DNA from: Dehalococcoidia bacterium
Lineage (GTDB): Bacteria > Chloroflexota > Dehalococcoidia > Lucifugimonadales > UBA3495
Direction: 5' to 3'
DNA length: 64,000 nt
NCBI GenBank assembly: GCA_045562555.1
Contig: JBJKVO010000016.1
Coordinates: 117,651 to 181,650, forward strand
The notes under the pieces are model-generated. The model was not told where the DNA came from and ran no database searches. It worked only from the letters and a program-made list of their open reading frames with translations. The translations under genes and the position numbers were made by a program. Within the stretch, counting starts at the first letter, position 1. Each line of letters begins with the position of its first letter. Positions 29,780-39,711 of the stretch are shown here, piece after piece.

Positions 29780-30529
29780 ATGACGATTAAGGTTTGCAAA
29801 GTTCCTTATTTAAATTACGAGCCCTATTATTTTGACATGAAGTCAAGCGAATTCGAATTAACACAAAGTCCACCCAGTGGTGTAGCCGAATTGCTACTTC
29901 AGGGATCTGTAGATGCAGGGCCTGTACCAACTGCAGACATTCCAAAGATAGAAAACCGATTCGCGCCAGTATCTGGGTTCTCTATTTCTACTAGAGCAAC
30001 TAGCGGGAACTTGTTCTTGCATTCGAAATACCCTGTCACTGACTTGAGTGGCAAAACAGTGTCTGTGGGTAAAGAAGGAGCTACTGCAGTAAAACTGCTT
30101 AAATTATTACTAAATAACAAATATGGATTAACAAATTTGAATTTTGTTGAACCATCCGAGGAACATGATGCCATTTTAGTTATCGGAGATCCCGCGTTGA
30201 GAACCAGGTTTGGAATGCGAGGTTATCAGTACAAGTATGATCTAGGTAGTGAATGGAGTGAATGGACGGGACTCCCCCTTGTAACCAGTAAATGGTACGC
30301 GAATCCTGAAATGGATAAAGCACAGAACATATTGTTAGAAAACACTTTATATGTAGGTATGGAGGAAGGTGTAACGACATTATGCAACACCAATGAGACT
30401 TACGATCATTTACTTATGAGAGCACGTGATGTGACGGCCTTTATTAGAGGGTTTAAGTATTTTTCTGGATTGGCTGAAACTAAGGGATTGGACACATTAT
30501 TAAATTATTTTTCGGATATTCCGGAATAA
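29780..30529 (+). CDS. MqnA/MqnD-family protein (chorismate dehydratase-like, divergent)
   Basis: VPYLN, LVIGDPAL and YDLGSEWSEWTGLP motifs. Confidence 0.75.
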   Translation: MTIKVCKVPYLNYEPYYFDMKSSEFELTQSPPSGVAELLLQGSVDAGPVPTADIPKIENRFAPVSGFSISTRATSGNLFLHSKYPVTDLSGKTVSVGKEGATAVKLLKLLLNNKYGLTNLNFVEPSEEHDAILVIGDPALRTRFGMRGYQYKYDLGSEWSEWTGLPLVTSKWYANPEMDKAQNILLENTLYVGMEEGVTTLCNTNETYDHLLMRARDVTAFIRGFKYFSGLAETKGLDTLLNYFSDIPE

Positions 30530-30546
30530 AGGACATCATTCGGAGC

Positions 30547-31401
30547 ATGCCTTGGTCAAATGTATCCATCGATGAATGCCACATCATTAGTGATTTTTCT
30601 CCGGAAAATAACACCCGTATAAACGAAAATGAGCTAAATAGCGACTTTTTGTTAATCTCTTCAAATCCCGGACAGAGCACGAGAATCGAATCTTCTTTAA
30701 GGGCTGCATACACTCAACACAACTCAGGTATCGACTGCTTAGCCACATTGACATTGCGGGACCTTAGTCCTTTAGCAATCCGATCGATGATTTTGGGATT
30801 GCTAATGTGGAAGGTGAAAGGAGCAGTAGTACTCGCAGGGGATCCACCCAAAAGTCCTAACGCAAAGAGCCTAGATGACAGGTCACATAGGACTACAACC
30901 ATGATCAAAGAACTGCAAACTTTGTTAAAGGAAAATTCGATAGAGAGTGATGCTTTTAAGCTAGGGTCTGTCATCGATCTTGGAGACTCGTTGGAAAACG
31001 CAGTAAAATTGACATGCAGTAAACTGGAAAACGGGGTCGACTTTTTTGTGACCCAGCCTGTCTTTTCTGTTGCTAAGATTCATGAATTTGAAAGCATGTT
31101 ATTTGAGAGAATAAAAAGACCCCTTGAGGCGCGAATTTATTACGGCCTGCAATTACTCCGACAAGGAAGTATTTCTTTTACGGACATCCCTTATGCCATA
31201 CAAGAAGAAGTCGCAGCTGGATTGGATAACACCGAAAGCTTGACTGAGATGGCGAGTTTGCTCATGTCCTCGGGGCACAGGTCTTTTTACACGGTGGCTC
31301 CTATTTTCCCTGGTGGAAAAAGAGATTATGACATTTGCAAGAGCTTTAATACAACATTAAAATCGATGTATCAGGGGACCCAAGGGGCAGGAGCTGATTG
31401 A
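30547..31401 (+). CDS. Methylenetetrahydrofolate reductase-like (MetF-fold) protein, divergent
   Basis: TLRD, AGDPP, KLENGVDFFVTQPVF motifs. Confidence 0.75.
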   Translation: MPWSNVSIDECHIISDFSPENNTRINENELNSDFLLISSNPGQSTRIESSLRAAYTQHNSGIDCLATLTLRDLSPLAIRSMILGLLMWKVKGAVVLAGDPPKSPNAKSLDDRSHRTTTMIKELQTLLKENSIESDAFKLGSVIDLGDSLENAVKLTCSKLENGVDFFVTQPVFSVAKIHEFESMLFERIKRPLEARIYYGLQLLRQGSISFTDIPYAIQEEVAAGLDNTESLTEMASLLMSSGHRSFYTVAPIFPGGKRDYDICKSFNTTLKSMYQGTQGAGAD

Positions 31402-33038
31402 TTAACATCGGTCAATACGTCGATGACTACTGGAGCATCCAATGCAAGTGCCTTTTCAATAGTCCTTTCCAGTTCTTCAGGGTCTTCTACGCGGAAGCCA
31501 ATTGCACCCATAGATTCTGCAATGACAGCGAAGTTGGTGGGTGAGAATGCAGAGAGGGATACAGGATCTTTGCCAAGGCGATCGTATGTTACGGTGTCTC
31601 CTCTGCGGTTTTGACTTAATGCGTTATTATTATTGACCACGGTAACTGTGTTTATACCGTATCGCACAGCAGTTTCTAATTCGCTAATGTGATACCAAAA
31701 CCCTCCATCGCCTGTGAAGCAAACAACGGGTTTGTCAGGAGCTCCGCATTTGGCACCCAGGGACGCTGGAAACCCCCATCCTAAGGAACCAGCTGCTCTC
31801 AAGTAGGATTGGCCAGGGCCTTCAAGATTCATCATTGATGCAGTCCATATTCCTGCGTGCCCAGTATCTACAACTAGAGCTCCATTAGAGGGTAGGACGT
31901 TATTAATCGCAGCACACAAGCGCTCAGGTAGAATCGGTTGCTGCTTTGAGGCTTGCAAGGGCTCGACTTCAGCTTGCCATCTGGAACGTATCTCAGTGAC
32001 TCGTTGTGTCCACTCCATATGTGACAATGGCTCCGCTAATCGTAACAATTTAGTCAATGTTGCTTTGATGTCTGCTTGGATGTTTAGGGAAGACATGTAA
32101 TTGCGGCCGAGTTCGCTTGGGTCCATGTCGACATGTATGACCTTTGTGTCAGTTGAAGGTACTTGCCAGAAGTGTGTAACCTGGCTTCCTGTTCTGCTTC
32201 CTAAGAAAATTACTAAGTCAGCCTCCGAAACCACTCTGTTAGCTGATTCTCTAGAGTAAGTTCCACACACGCCAACCGATAAAGGATGCGTTTCAGGAAT
32301 AGAACCCTTCGCATTCATGGAGGTGGCTACTGGAATCGCCAAAGTTTCAGCTAATTCGACGAGTTCAGACTGTGCGCCGGAATAAGCTACACCGCCTCCT
32401 GCGATTATTACTGGTTTTCTGGCTTCGTTAATAAGTTTCAGGAATTCCAATAAGCGCCCTTCCTCTGGCTCTGGCCGGAAAGAGGGTCGGCGGATAAAAT
32501 CTGGTTCATTTATTGGTGTAGCATCCAGTTCGAATTCTTCTATGTATTCGCCTCTTATTCCCTGCATGTCTAGATGCACTGGTAACGAAGCCCCAGAGAT
32601 GCTTTCTCTGAAAGCCTGTCTGAGGTATCCAGGTAACTGTTCCGGAGTCTCTACGTTCACGCTGTATTTGGTCAGTGACTCAAATGGCAAAACATGATCG
32701 ATTTCTTGGTAAGCATTTCGATGAAAATGAGTTAGCGGACTGTGTCCCGTTATGGCGATGACTGGAGACATGCCAAGGTAGGCATCTTGAAGACCTGCTG
32801 CAAGGTTCGCAGCCCCAACAGATTGTGCGAGGCAGATGCCGGGTGATTGCCTTATTCTTGCATATCCGTCTGCCATGTATGCTGCTGCTTTTTCACTATG
32901 AGTGATTACATGCTCGATTCCTAGATCTTCTAACTCGCTCATTGTCTCACGCAAAATAACAGGCACTAAAAACACGTGGGTGATTCCGTAAGCGTCTAAC
33001 GTTTTCGCGATGAATTGAGATCCTCTCATTTTTACCAT
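31371..33038 (-). CDS. Thiamine pyrophosphate-binding enzyme (acetolactate synthase-like paralog)
   Basis: SEKAAAYMADGYAR, GSLGWGFPA and GDGG..NN TPP-binding motifs. Confidence 0.9.
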   Translation of the reverse strand: MVKMRGSQFIAKTLDAYGITHVFLVPVILRETMSELEDLGIEHVITHSEKAAAYMADGYARIRQSPGICLAQSVGAANLAAGLQDAYLGMSPVIAITGHSPLTHFHRNAYQEIDHVLPFESLTKYSVNVETPEQLPGYLRQAFRESISGASLPVHLDMQGIRGEYIEEFELDATPINEPDFIRRPSFRPEPEEGRLLEFLKLINEARKPVIIAGGGVAYSGAQSELVELAETLAIPVATSMNAKGSIPETHPLSVGVCGTYSRESANRVVSEADLVIFLGSRTGSQVTHFWQVPSTDTKVIHVDMDPSELGRNYMSSLNIQADIKATLTKLLRLAEPLSHMEWTQRVTEIRSRWQAEVEPLQASKQQPILPERLCAAINNVLPSNGALVVDTGHAGIWTASMMNLEGPGQSYLRAAGSLGWGFPASLGAKCGAPDKPVVCFTGDGGFWYHISELETAVRYGINTVTVVNNNNALSQNRRGDTVTYDRLGKDPVSLSAFSPTNFAVIAESMGAIGFRVEDPEELERTIEKALALDAPVVIDVLTDVNQSAPAPWVP

Positions 33039-33092
33039 GGGTTCCTCCTCTGGCTAAGTCGGCCCCATTCTACTGTATATTAACGGATAGAA

Positions 33093-33407
33093 CTATAAGT
33101 CCCTGCCATCAAACACATCTTTTGCAATCGGCACAATGTTTGCAGCTGTTGGCCAACCCGCGTAGAAAGCTACATGGGTAACAAGTTCGCCAAGTTCATC
33201 TGTTGTAACTCCGTTATCTAATGCTCTATTTAGATGTCCCGGCAACTGTCCTGTTCTGTACAATGCTTGGAGTACAGCAACCGTTATAAGGCTCCTGTCT
33301 CGTTTGGACAAACCTGGCCGCTCCCAAACATCGCCAAATAGCACTTCTTCAGTCAAAGATTCTAGCTTAGGGGAAATTTGTCTCATCGCATCTCTTCGAT
33401 TTTGCAT
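33093..33407 (-). CDS. Carboxymuconolactone decarboxylase family protein
   Basis: LFGDVWERPGLSKRDRSLIT, HLNRALDNG and FYAGWP motifs. Confidence 0.92.
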   Translation of the reverse strand: MQNRRDAMRQISPKLESLTEEVLFGDVWERPGLSKRDRSLITVAVLQALYRTGQLPGHLNRALDNGVTTDELGELVTHVAFYAGWPTAANIVPIAKDVFDGRDL

Positions 33408-33417
33408 GTCTCCTCCT

Positions 33418-33840
33418 TTATTTTGTGACTGGGCTGAACATAGGTAGACTAATAGTTTCGTCTAAGTCCTCAAACAGGACAGTAACGGGCATGCCAACGT
33501 GTACGACATCGGGGTCAGCATCCACATTGATTATATTAGTAGGTATGCGGGGTCCTTCGTCGAGTTCTACCACCGCTGCTACGAACGGCACGCGGTCTTG
33601 GAAAGCTGGAGTAGGGGCTCTTTGGACGATGGTGAAGGCATGAATCTTCCCGTTCCCTGAGCTTGGAATCCAATTCGTGTTCCTTGAGAAACAGACTGGG
33701 CATATATCTCTGGGATAGAAAAAAGGTTGATTACAGTCTAGGCAATTCCTAAGCCAGAGTTCATGTTGTTTGCATTTTTCCCAGTAGAAATCTGACTCGG
33801 GCTGGGGAACCGGGGGGGTAACTCTTGGTTGATCGGGCAT
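33418..33840 (-). CDS. DUF35 Zn-ribbon/OB-fold protein (ChsH2-like)
   Basis: CLDC..CPVC, VELDEGPRI and VHVGMPV motifs. RBS precedes ATG 33840. Confidence 0.9.
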   Translation of the reverse strand: MPDQPRVTPPVPQPESDFYWEKCKQHELWLRNCLDCNQPFFYPRDICPVCFSRNTNWIPSSGNGKIHAFTIVQRAPTPAFQDRVPFVAAVVELDEGPRIPTNIINVDADPDVVHVGMPVTVLFEDLDETISLPMFSPVTK

Positions 33841-33931
33841 TAGATTACCTCGTGATTGATTTTTACTTTGTTTGATGAGAATATTCCTTAAACTTTGGCA
33901 CGTCAAGCACTAGGAGCGTAACAACAACATT

Positions 33932-34861
33932 ATGAAAGTAGCTGTTATAGGCGCGGGAGCAATTGGTGGGTTTTTTGGGTCCCAGCTAATCAAATCTGGG
34001 CATGACGTAAGCTTTGTCAGTAGAGGATCAACAGCGGACATGCTTGAAAAGTCCGGATTGACTTTGACTAGTGGACTGGGTTCCGAATTTTTTCCTAATA
34101 ATGTTTATCAAGTTCTTAACTCTGAGGATCAGCACTGGGCCAGCAAACATGATGGAATCCTTTTATGCGTCAAAACCTACAGCAATCCTTCGGCCGTTGA
34201 ATTAATGGCCCGGTTATCTGATGCGAACACGTGGGTGCTTACTCTGCAGAATGGGCTTAATCCAGAAAAAGATCTACAAGCACTAGGTGTCTCCATGAGT
34301 GTTATCCAAGGCATAGCTTATATAGAAACCACCCAAACGTCTCCCGGCAATTATGTGCAGTATGGCGATATAGCTGAAATTGTATATGGTTCACGAGATC
34401 CAGCGTTGAACGGACAACTTGTGGCACTACGTTCATTATTCGCAGGTGGTCGCTCTGAATTCAAACGTTCTCCAGATATCGTGACCGACGCATGGATAAA
34501 GTTCATGTTTATCTCTACCGTGGCGGGGGTTACTTCTTGTACTCAAACTAAATTAGATTGTCTATTTCGGGAGGAATCCTGGATCAGCCTAACCAGAGCA
34601 GTCCTGAAGGAAATAGAAGAAGTCGCTCAACATGCAGGGGTTTCAGGTAAAGATCTAGGAGCTCGAGCGTGGGATTTCATTGTCACCAATCAAGCTGACA
34701 TTGTTGCCTCAATGCATACTGACTTACTTTCTAAAAAACCTCTAGAATTGGACGCACTAACGGGTAGTGTATGCGAAATGGGTCGCCAGTTATCTGTGCC
34801 GACTCCGCTCAACCAACTGATATATGCCGCTTTGGCGCCGTATAAACTTGGAAAGGATTAG
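33932..34861 (+). CDS. Ketopantoate reductase family protein (PanE/ApbA)
   Basis: GAGAIG, CVKTY, LQNG, WIK, SMHTD and LELD motifs. Confidence 0.9.
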   Translation: MKVAVIGAGAIGGFFGSQLIKSGHDVSFVSRGSTADMLEKSGLTLTSGLGSEFFPNNVYQVLNSEDQHWASKHDGILLCVKTYSNPSAVELMARLSDANTWVLTLQNGLNPEKDLQALGVSMSVIQGIAYIETTQTSPGNYVQYGDIAEIVYGSRDPALNGQLVALRSLFAGGRSEFKRSPDIVTDAWIKFMFISTVAGVTSCTQTKLDCLFREESWISLTRAVLKEIEEVAQHAGVSGKDLGARAWDFIVTNQADIVASMHTDLLSKKPLELDALTGSVCEMGRQLSVPTPLNQLIYAALAPYKLGKD

Positions 34862-35562
34862 GTAATTCTAGATTTCCCCGTTTTTTCTTTGAATAACTTC
34901 CAAGTGTTATCGTTAAAAGGATAATATTTTCCAGGGGAACATTGTTCTTCGATCAGTTGCTGTTTGATTACTTCTTCCACTTCTTCTCTCTGATGAGCAA
35001 TGGTTATCACTTTCTCAACGAGTTTCTCCGGGATTACCACAACTCCATCGTCGTCGCCTACGATGAAGTCTCCGGGCCTCACTAAAACTCCTCCGCATTG
35101 TATGGGAAGATCCACATCCCAAGGCCAAAATTCTGCTGGTCCTTGTTTCGCGGTTTTATTCGGAGCGTAAACAGGGAATCCGTATTCAGTCAAAGCGATG
35201 CTGTCTCTCACCGCTCCATCGGTGACCAATCCGCCTACGTCAAGTTGCTTAAGTCTGAGGAATTTGATGTCTCCCCCGATGGAACTGTATTCCCAACCCA
35301 TTGCATCTATTACCAAAACGTTATCTGGCCCACAGCGTTCAAAAGCGACGTATTCTGCGGATTCTGCCCCCTTAGGTTTGTCCTCGGCAATATCAGGTCT
35401 GTGAGGCACGAAACGGAGAGTGACCGCTCTGCCTGCCATGTGTTGGCCTAAGTTAAGTGGCTTCGCTCCATGAATAAAACCCATAGGCCAATTTTGCACC
35501 CATAAAGCATCCATGAGGGTTTGGGTCGGGATTCGTTTTAATTCTTCTAGTATTGGATTCAT
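34858..35562 (-). CDS. RraA/HMG-aldolase family protein
   Basis: GRAVTLRF, GGD, VTDGAVRD and VRPGDFIVGDDDGVVVIP motifs. Confidence 0.9.
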   Translation of the reverse strand: MNPILEELKRIPTQTLMDALWVQNWPMGFIHGAKPLNLGQHMAGRAVTLRFVPHRPDIAEDKPKGAESAEYVAFERCGPDNVLVIDAMGWEYSSIGGDIKFLRLKQLDVGGLVTDGAVRDSIALTEYGFPVYAPNKTAKQGPAEFWPWDVDLPIQCGGVLVRPGDFIVGDDDGVVVIPEKLVEKVITIAHQREEVEEVIKQQLIEEQCSPGKYYPFNDNTWKLFKEKTGKSRIT

Positions 35563-35577
35563 GATAACTCCCTAATT

Positions 35578-36804
35578 CTATATAAGTACTGATCCATGTT
35601 TCTTTATCAGATTACCATCCTTCATGATCATTGATACGTTATGGAGTGCATTTATGTCTTCTACTGCATTTGTTTCTGTGAGTACTAAGTTTGCTCTTTT
35701 GCCTACGGCTATGGATCCTATTTCATCAGACATCCCCAGGCATTCAGCAGAAATAGACGTTGAACTCAAGATAGCGTCCATTGCGCTTATTCCCATCTGT
35801 TCAACCATAACTTGAGGAATGTATGCGAAATCCCCAAAATAGGCGTTAGTCATGCCAGAATCCATTCCGGTCACAAATTTAATTCCCCTTTTCCACATAT
35901 CATGTAAGATCTCCATGCGAAGAGTAGGGTTAGCGTTCGCGGGAGCTGGTTTCTTTCTTCCTCTGATCTGATTCAGGTAGTTCAAGGCTAGTGTAGGGTC
36001 GACATATATCCCTTTGTCACTGATCATGTCAGCAACATCCGGCCGGTAGTCATAAAGCTCATTGGGATCCCCCGAATTCCACGAACAATGGATGATATTG
36101 TCCACTCCAGCCAATGCCGCAATCTCCACTCCGTCAGTGGCGTGGCAATGGGCGGCCACTCGTAGACCTAATCGATGAGCGTCATTTACAACGGCGGACA
36201 ATATTTCTAGATCATACTGAGGTTGTTTAGGATTCGTCCCAGGGGTAAAGTTGCCACCAGTGGCCATAATTTTTATCCAGTCAACTCCTGCTTTGAATTG
36301 AGACCGGACTGCCAAAACAGCTTCTTCTTTGGTGTCTGCCTCTATACCAAACATGTTGCAATGTCCTCCTGTGGTCGTGATTGGGGAGCCAGCAATCAAC
36401 AATTTAGGTCCTGGCACTATACCTTTTTCGATAGCCTCTCTTACTGCTATCGAGATGTGGTTTTTAGCGCCCAGGTCACGCATGGTGGTAACGCCAGAAA
36501 GTAACGCATCACGCATTACAGCAACTGCTCTTATTAAGAGAGTTGCATCATCCTCTGTGACTAATTCGTCATAATTTTCATGGTTTCCACTGATGTGCAT
36601 GTGTGAATGCATTTCTATAAAACCAGGTAAGAGCGTTCCAGTAGAATGTTCGAGTATGTTCACATCAGGAGAATCATTCCACTCTTGTGAACCTACGGAT
36701 TGTATAGCTGTTACCAGTCCGTTTTCTACGACGATTTCTTTACCTGTTTTCAGAGTTTGGGATTCAGTGTCTAATACTGTGTTGGGCCGGATTACATGTT
36801 TCAT
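35578..36804 (-). CDS. Metal-dependent amidohydrolase (Xaa-Pro dipeptidase-like)
   Basis: LLPGFIEMHSH, GVTTMRDLG, IKIMATGG, AAHCH and GSIAVGKRA motifs. Confidence 0.9.
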   Translation of the reverse strand: MKHVIRPNTVLDTESQTLKTGKEIVVENGLVTAIQSVGSQEWNDSPDVNILEHSTGTLLPGFIEMHSHMHISGNHENYDELVTEDDATLLIRAVAVMRDALLSGVTTMRDLGAKNHISIAVREAIEKGIVPGPKLLIAGSPITTTGGHCNMFGIEADTKEEAVLAVRSQFKAGVDWIKIMATGGNFTPGTNPKQPQYDLEILSAVVNDAHRLGLRVAAHCHATDGVEIAALAGVDNIIHCSWNSGDPNELYDYRPDVADMISDKGIYVDPTLALNYLNQIRGRKKPAPANANPTLRMEILHDMWKRGIKFVTGMDSGMTNAYFGDFAYIPQVMVEQMGISAMDAILSSTSISAECLGMSDEIGSIAVGKRANLVLTETNAVEDINALHNVSMIMKDGNLIKKHGSVLI

Positions 36805-36854
36805 AAGTGCTCCAATAGACTTGATGTGTTTTTATTATTGTCATGACTGACATT

Positions 36855-37727
36855 TTAGTCAAAGAATCCTTCGTTGATAATTTCCTTCAGAGCAGCTACT
36901 AATTCCTTGGGCCGCTGCAGAGGGAGATCATGAATACTGTTAGTAAACCAGTGTACTTTGCATTGCGCAATGTGATCAGAAGCCATTTGTAAAAATGATG
37001 ATTTTCGGTTGATCCAATGAGAATCTTCTGGGCGAGAGTCAGGGCTAGCAGGGAAAAATACGCATGGGCTTTGAATAATCTTGTACAACTCATCAGGATA
37101 ATGGTTCCACAATGCTTCGATGATCAACAAATGATTTTCGCGACTTAAATTGGGGCTCAGCACGCCATCTTTTTCTGAAAAATTGCCTAGTACTGCCTCG
37201 AATGCTCCTTTGACGTTTTGTAGAACGCCTCCGTTCCTTTGTGAAAATCGAGATTGTAGGCTTTCTTTGGTGAGGCCGGTGAATTTAGGAGGGGCCATTT
37301 CTTCTTTGGCGATGTCCAGAGTCCAACCTTCTCTCGCCGAGGGTTGGATGGTGCCTCCGTCTACCATCACAATGCCTTTTGCCTTTCTTGGATATGCAAC
37401 TCCGTATTCAAGAACAACATCCGCTCCCCATGAGTGGCCCATGAGGAGAGGGTGTCGAATCTCTAATGCTTCGAGCAGATTATCTAAATCGGATACTACT
37501 GTCTGGAAATCGTAACCAGTTTTGGGCTTCGCACTACGCCCATGACCTCTCTGGTCTATTGATACTACTGTGTAATCAGATGACAACATAGGACCTACGA
37601 GATCCCAAATTTTCAAATTAGATGCCAACCCGTGCAATAGTACGATTGCGGGTCCTGATCCAGTAATCTTGTAATGGAATTTCAATCCGTCTAGGTTGAC
37701 ATAACTATGGGATTCGGACTGAATCAT
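36855..37727 (-). CDS. Alpha/beta hydrolase
   Basis: LLHG, DQRGHG, GHSWG nucleophile elbow and C-terminal His. Confidence 0.9.
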   Translation of the reverse strand: MIQSESHSYVNLDGLKFHYKITGSGPAIVLLHGLASNLKIWDLVGPMLSSDYTVVSIDQRGHGRSAKPKTGYDFQTVVSDLDNLLEALEIRHPLLMGHSWGADVVLEYGVAYPRKAKGIVMVDGGTIQPSAREGWTLDIAKEEMAPPKFTGLTKESLQSRFSQRNGGVLQNVKGAFEAVLGNFSEKDGVLSPNLSRENHLLIIEALWNHYPDELYKIIQSPCVFFPASPDSRPEDSHWINRKSSFLQMASDHIAQCKVHWFTNSIHDLPLQRPKELVAALKEIINEGFFD

Positions 37728-37870
37728 GAAAGGTTCTCCTCTTTTTAGCCCAGTTTTCAAAGAAATTTGCTAAATGGTCAGCGAAATGACTTGGATAACG
37801 GGAAGGTTTATTTTAAAATAGTCTCGGTATATTAAATACTTAACTTTGACAATATCTCAGGTTTTCCTTT

Positions 37871-39700
37871 ATGGCACAAGCCCTACAACAAAATATCAGG
37901 AACGTCGCGATAATTGCGCATGTTGATCACGGTAAAACTACTTTGATCGATGCGATGTTAGTTCAGAGCAAAGTCTTCAGAGAAAATGAAGAGGTTGGGA
38001 CTCTACTTATGGACATGAACCCTCTTGAAAGAGAAAGAGGGATAACTATCTTATCAAAGAATACATCTATTAATTATGGGGATACCAAGATTAATATAAT
38101 TGATACCCCTGGTCACGCTGATTTTAGTGGCGAAGTTGAACGGATTTTAAATATGGTAGATGGCTGCCTCTTACTTGTAGATGCTGTTGATGGACCGATG
38201 CCACAAACGAGATTTGTTCTGAAAGCTGCTTTGGAAAACGGCGTGAAACCCATAGTGATAGTGAATAAGATCGACCGAGAGGAAAGACGCCCCGACGAAG
38301 TCGTAGATCTTATTCAAGACCTATTCCTTGATTTAGCTATTGAAGATGACCAGTTGGATTTCCCAATCGTGTACGCATCTGCGAGAGAAGGGTATGCTTG
38401 CATGGATTGGAAGGAGCCTGATTCTGATTTGGAAGTCTTATTCAAGACCATAGTTGACGAAGTTCCAGCGCCGTCCTTTGACGATACAGGTGGATTTCAA
38501 ATGCTAGTCGCTGCCCTGGACTACGATAATTATGTCGGACAAATCTGTATCGGTAGAATCACCAGAGGAAGTATTGGCGTTAAACAAGACATTTCCTTGT
38601 TGCAGGGTGAAGATATAGTTACCGGCAACCGAGTTGAAAAACTATTGGTATTCGAAGGTTTGGCAAGAAAAGAGACACCCTTAGCTCAACCAGGAGATAT
38701 CATAGCACTAGCAGGACTAGATAATGTGCAAATTGGGGATACTATATGCAGTCCCGAACGGATTGAAGCATTGCCTTCAATCAAATTTGAAGAACCCACT
38801 GTCAAAATGACTTTTGGTGTCAACACCTCTCCATTCATGGGCAAAGAAGGCACCAATTGTACCTCCAGAACTCTCCATGAGCGCTTAAGGAGAGAGCTTA
38901 AAACAAATGTAAGCCTTCGGGTTGAAACAACAGAAACTGCTGAGGCATTTTTAGTTTCTGGCAGAGGGGAATTGCATTTAGCAATATTGGTCGAAAACTT
39001 GAGGCGAGAAGGACTCGAATTTCAAGTGTCTAAACCTCAACCGGTTTTTCGTTCGGAAGAAGGGGTTGAAGAAGAACCCTATGAATTATTGGAGATTTCA
39101 ACGTCTTCAGAATTCATGGGTCCAATCACGGAATATTTAAACACTCACTTAGGGCGCTGTACAAATATGGAATATCCTGACGGCCGCTCAGTTGTCTTAG
39201 CCTATGAGATTCCAACCAGAGGACTTATTGGATTCGGATCATTTTTTGTCAGAACCACCCATGGGGAAGGCGTTTATAACAGCCGATTTGTTGAATACAG
39301 AGAAAAACTTGGTACAATTAAGCAAGCTCCTCAAGGCTTATTAGTAGCTGCTGAAACTGGAACTGCTGTAACGAACGGGTTACTGAATGCTCAAGGGAGA
39401 GGACAGACATTTATTTCGCCAGGGACTGAAGTGTATCAAGGAATGGTTATAGGAATGCATAACAGAACCGAAGAAATTGCGATAAATGTGTGCAAAGAAA
39501 AGAAACTAACAAACATGAGGTCATCCACTGCCGACGTTGCCGAGAAACTTAATGTAGAACTTTCCATGAGCCTAGAAGAAAGTTTAGATTTTATGTCCTC
39601 AGATGATTTGCTCGAAGTAACGCCGTTAAATTACCGTTTACGAAAACAAGATCTTGATCCGTTGCAGAGATCTCGCAATAGAAGAAAAGAAAACAGTTAA
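37871..39700 (+). CDS. typA: Translational GTPase TypA/BipA
   Basis: IAHVDHGKTTL, ERERGITILSK, DTPGHADF, NKID, GRGELHL and KKLTNMRSS motifs. Confidence 0.97.
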   Translation: MAQALQQNIRNVAIIAHVDHGKTTLIDAMLVQSKVFRENEEVGTLLMDMNPLERERGITILSKNTSINYGDTKINIIDTPGHADFSGEVERILNMVDGCLLLVDAVDGPMPQTRFVLKAALENGVKPIVIVNKIDREERRPDEVVDLIQDLFLDLAIEDDQLDFPIVYASAREGYACMDWKEPDSDLEVLFKTIVDEVPAPSFDDTGGFQMLVAALDYDNYVGQICIGRITRGSIGVKQDISLLQGEDIVTGNRVEKLLVFEGLARKETPLAQPGDIIALAGLDNVQIGDTICSPERIEALPSIKFEEPTVKMTFGVNTSPFMGKEGTNCTSRTLHERLRRELKTNVSLRVETTETAEAFLVSGRGELHLAILVENLRREGLEFQVSKPQPVFRSEEGVEEEPYELLEISTSSEFMGPITEYLNTHLGRCTNMEYPDGRSVVLAYEIPTRGLIGFGSFFVRTTHGEGVYNSRFVEYREKLGTIKQAPQGLLVAAETGTAVTNGLLNAQGRGQTFISPGTEVYQGMVIGMHNRTEEIAINVCKEKKLTNMRSSTADVAEKLNVELSMSLEESLDFMSSDDLLEVTPLNYRLRKQDLDPLQRSRNRRKENS

Positions 39701-39711
39701 CAGGAGGTTAT

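Noticed and set aside
31371-33038. Biosynthetic ilvB
   Set aside because: No ilvH/ilvC neighbours and divergent motifs, so no gene symbol was assigned
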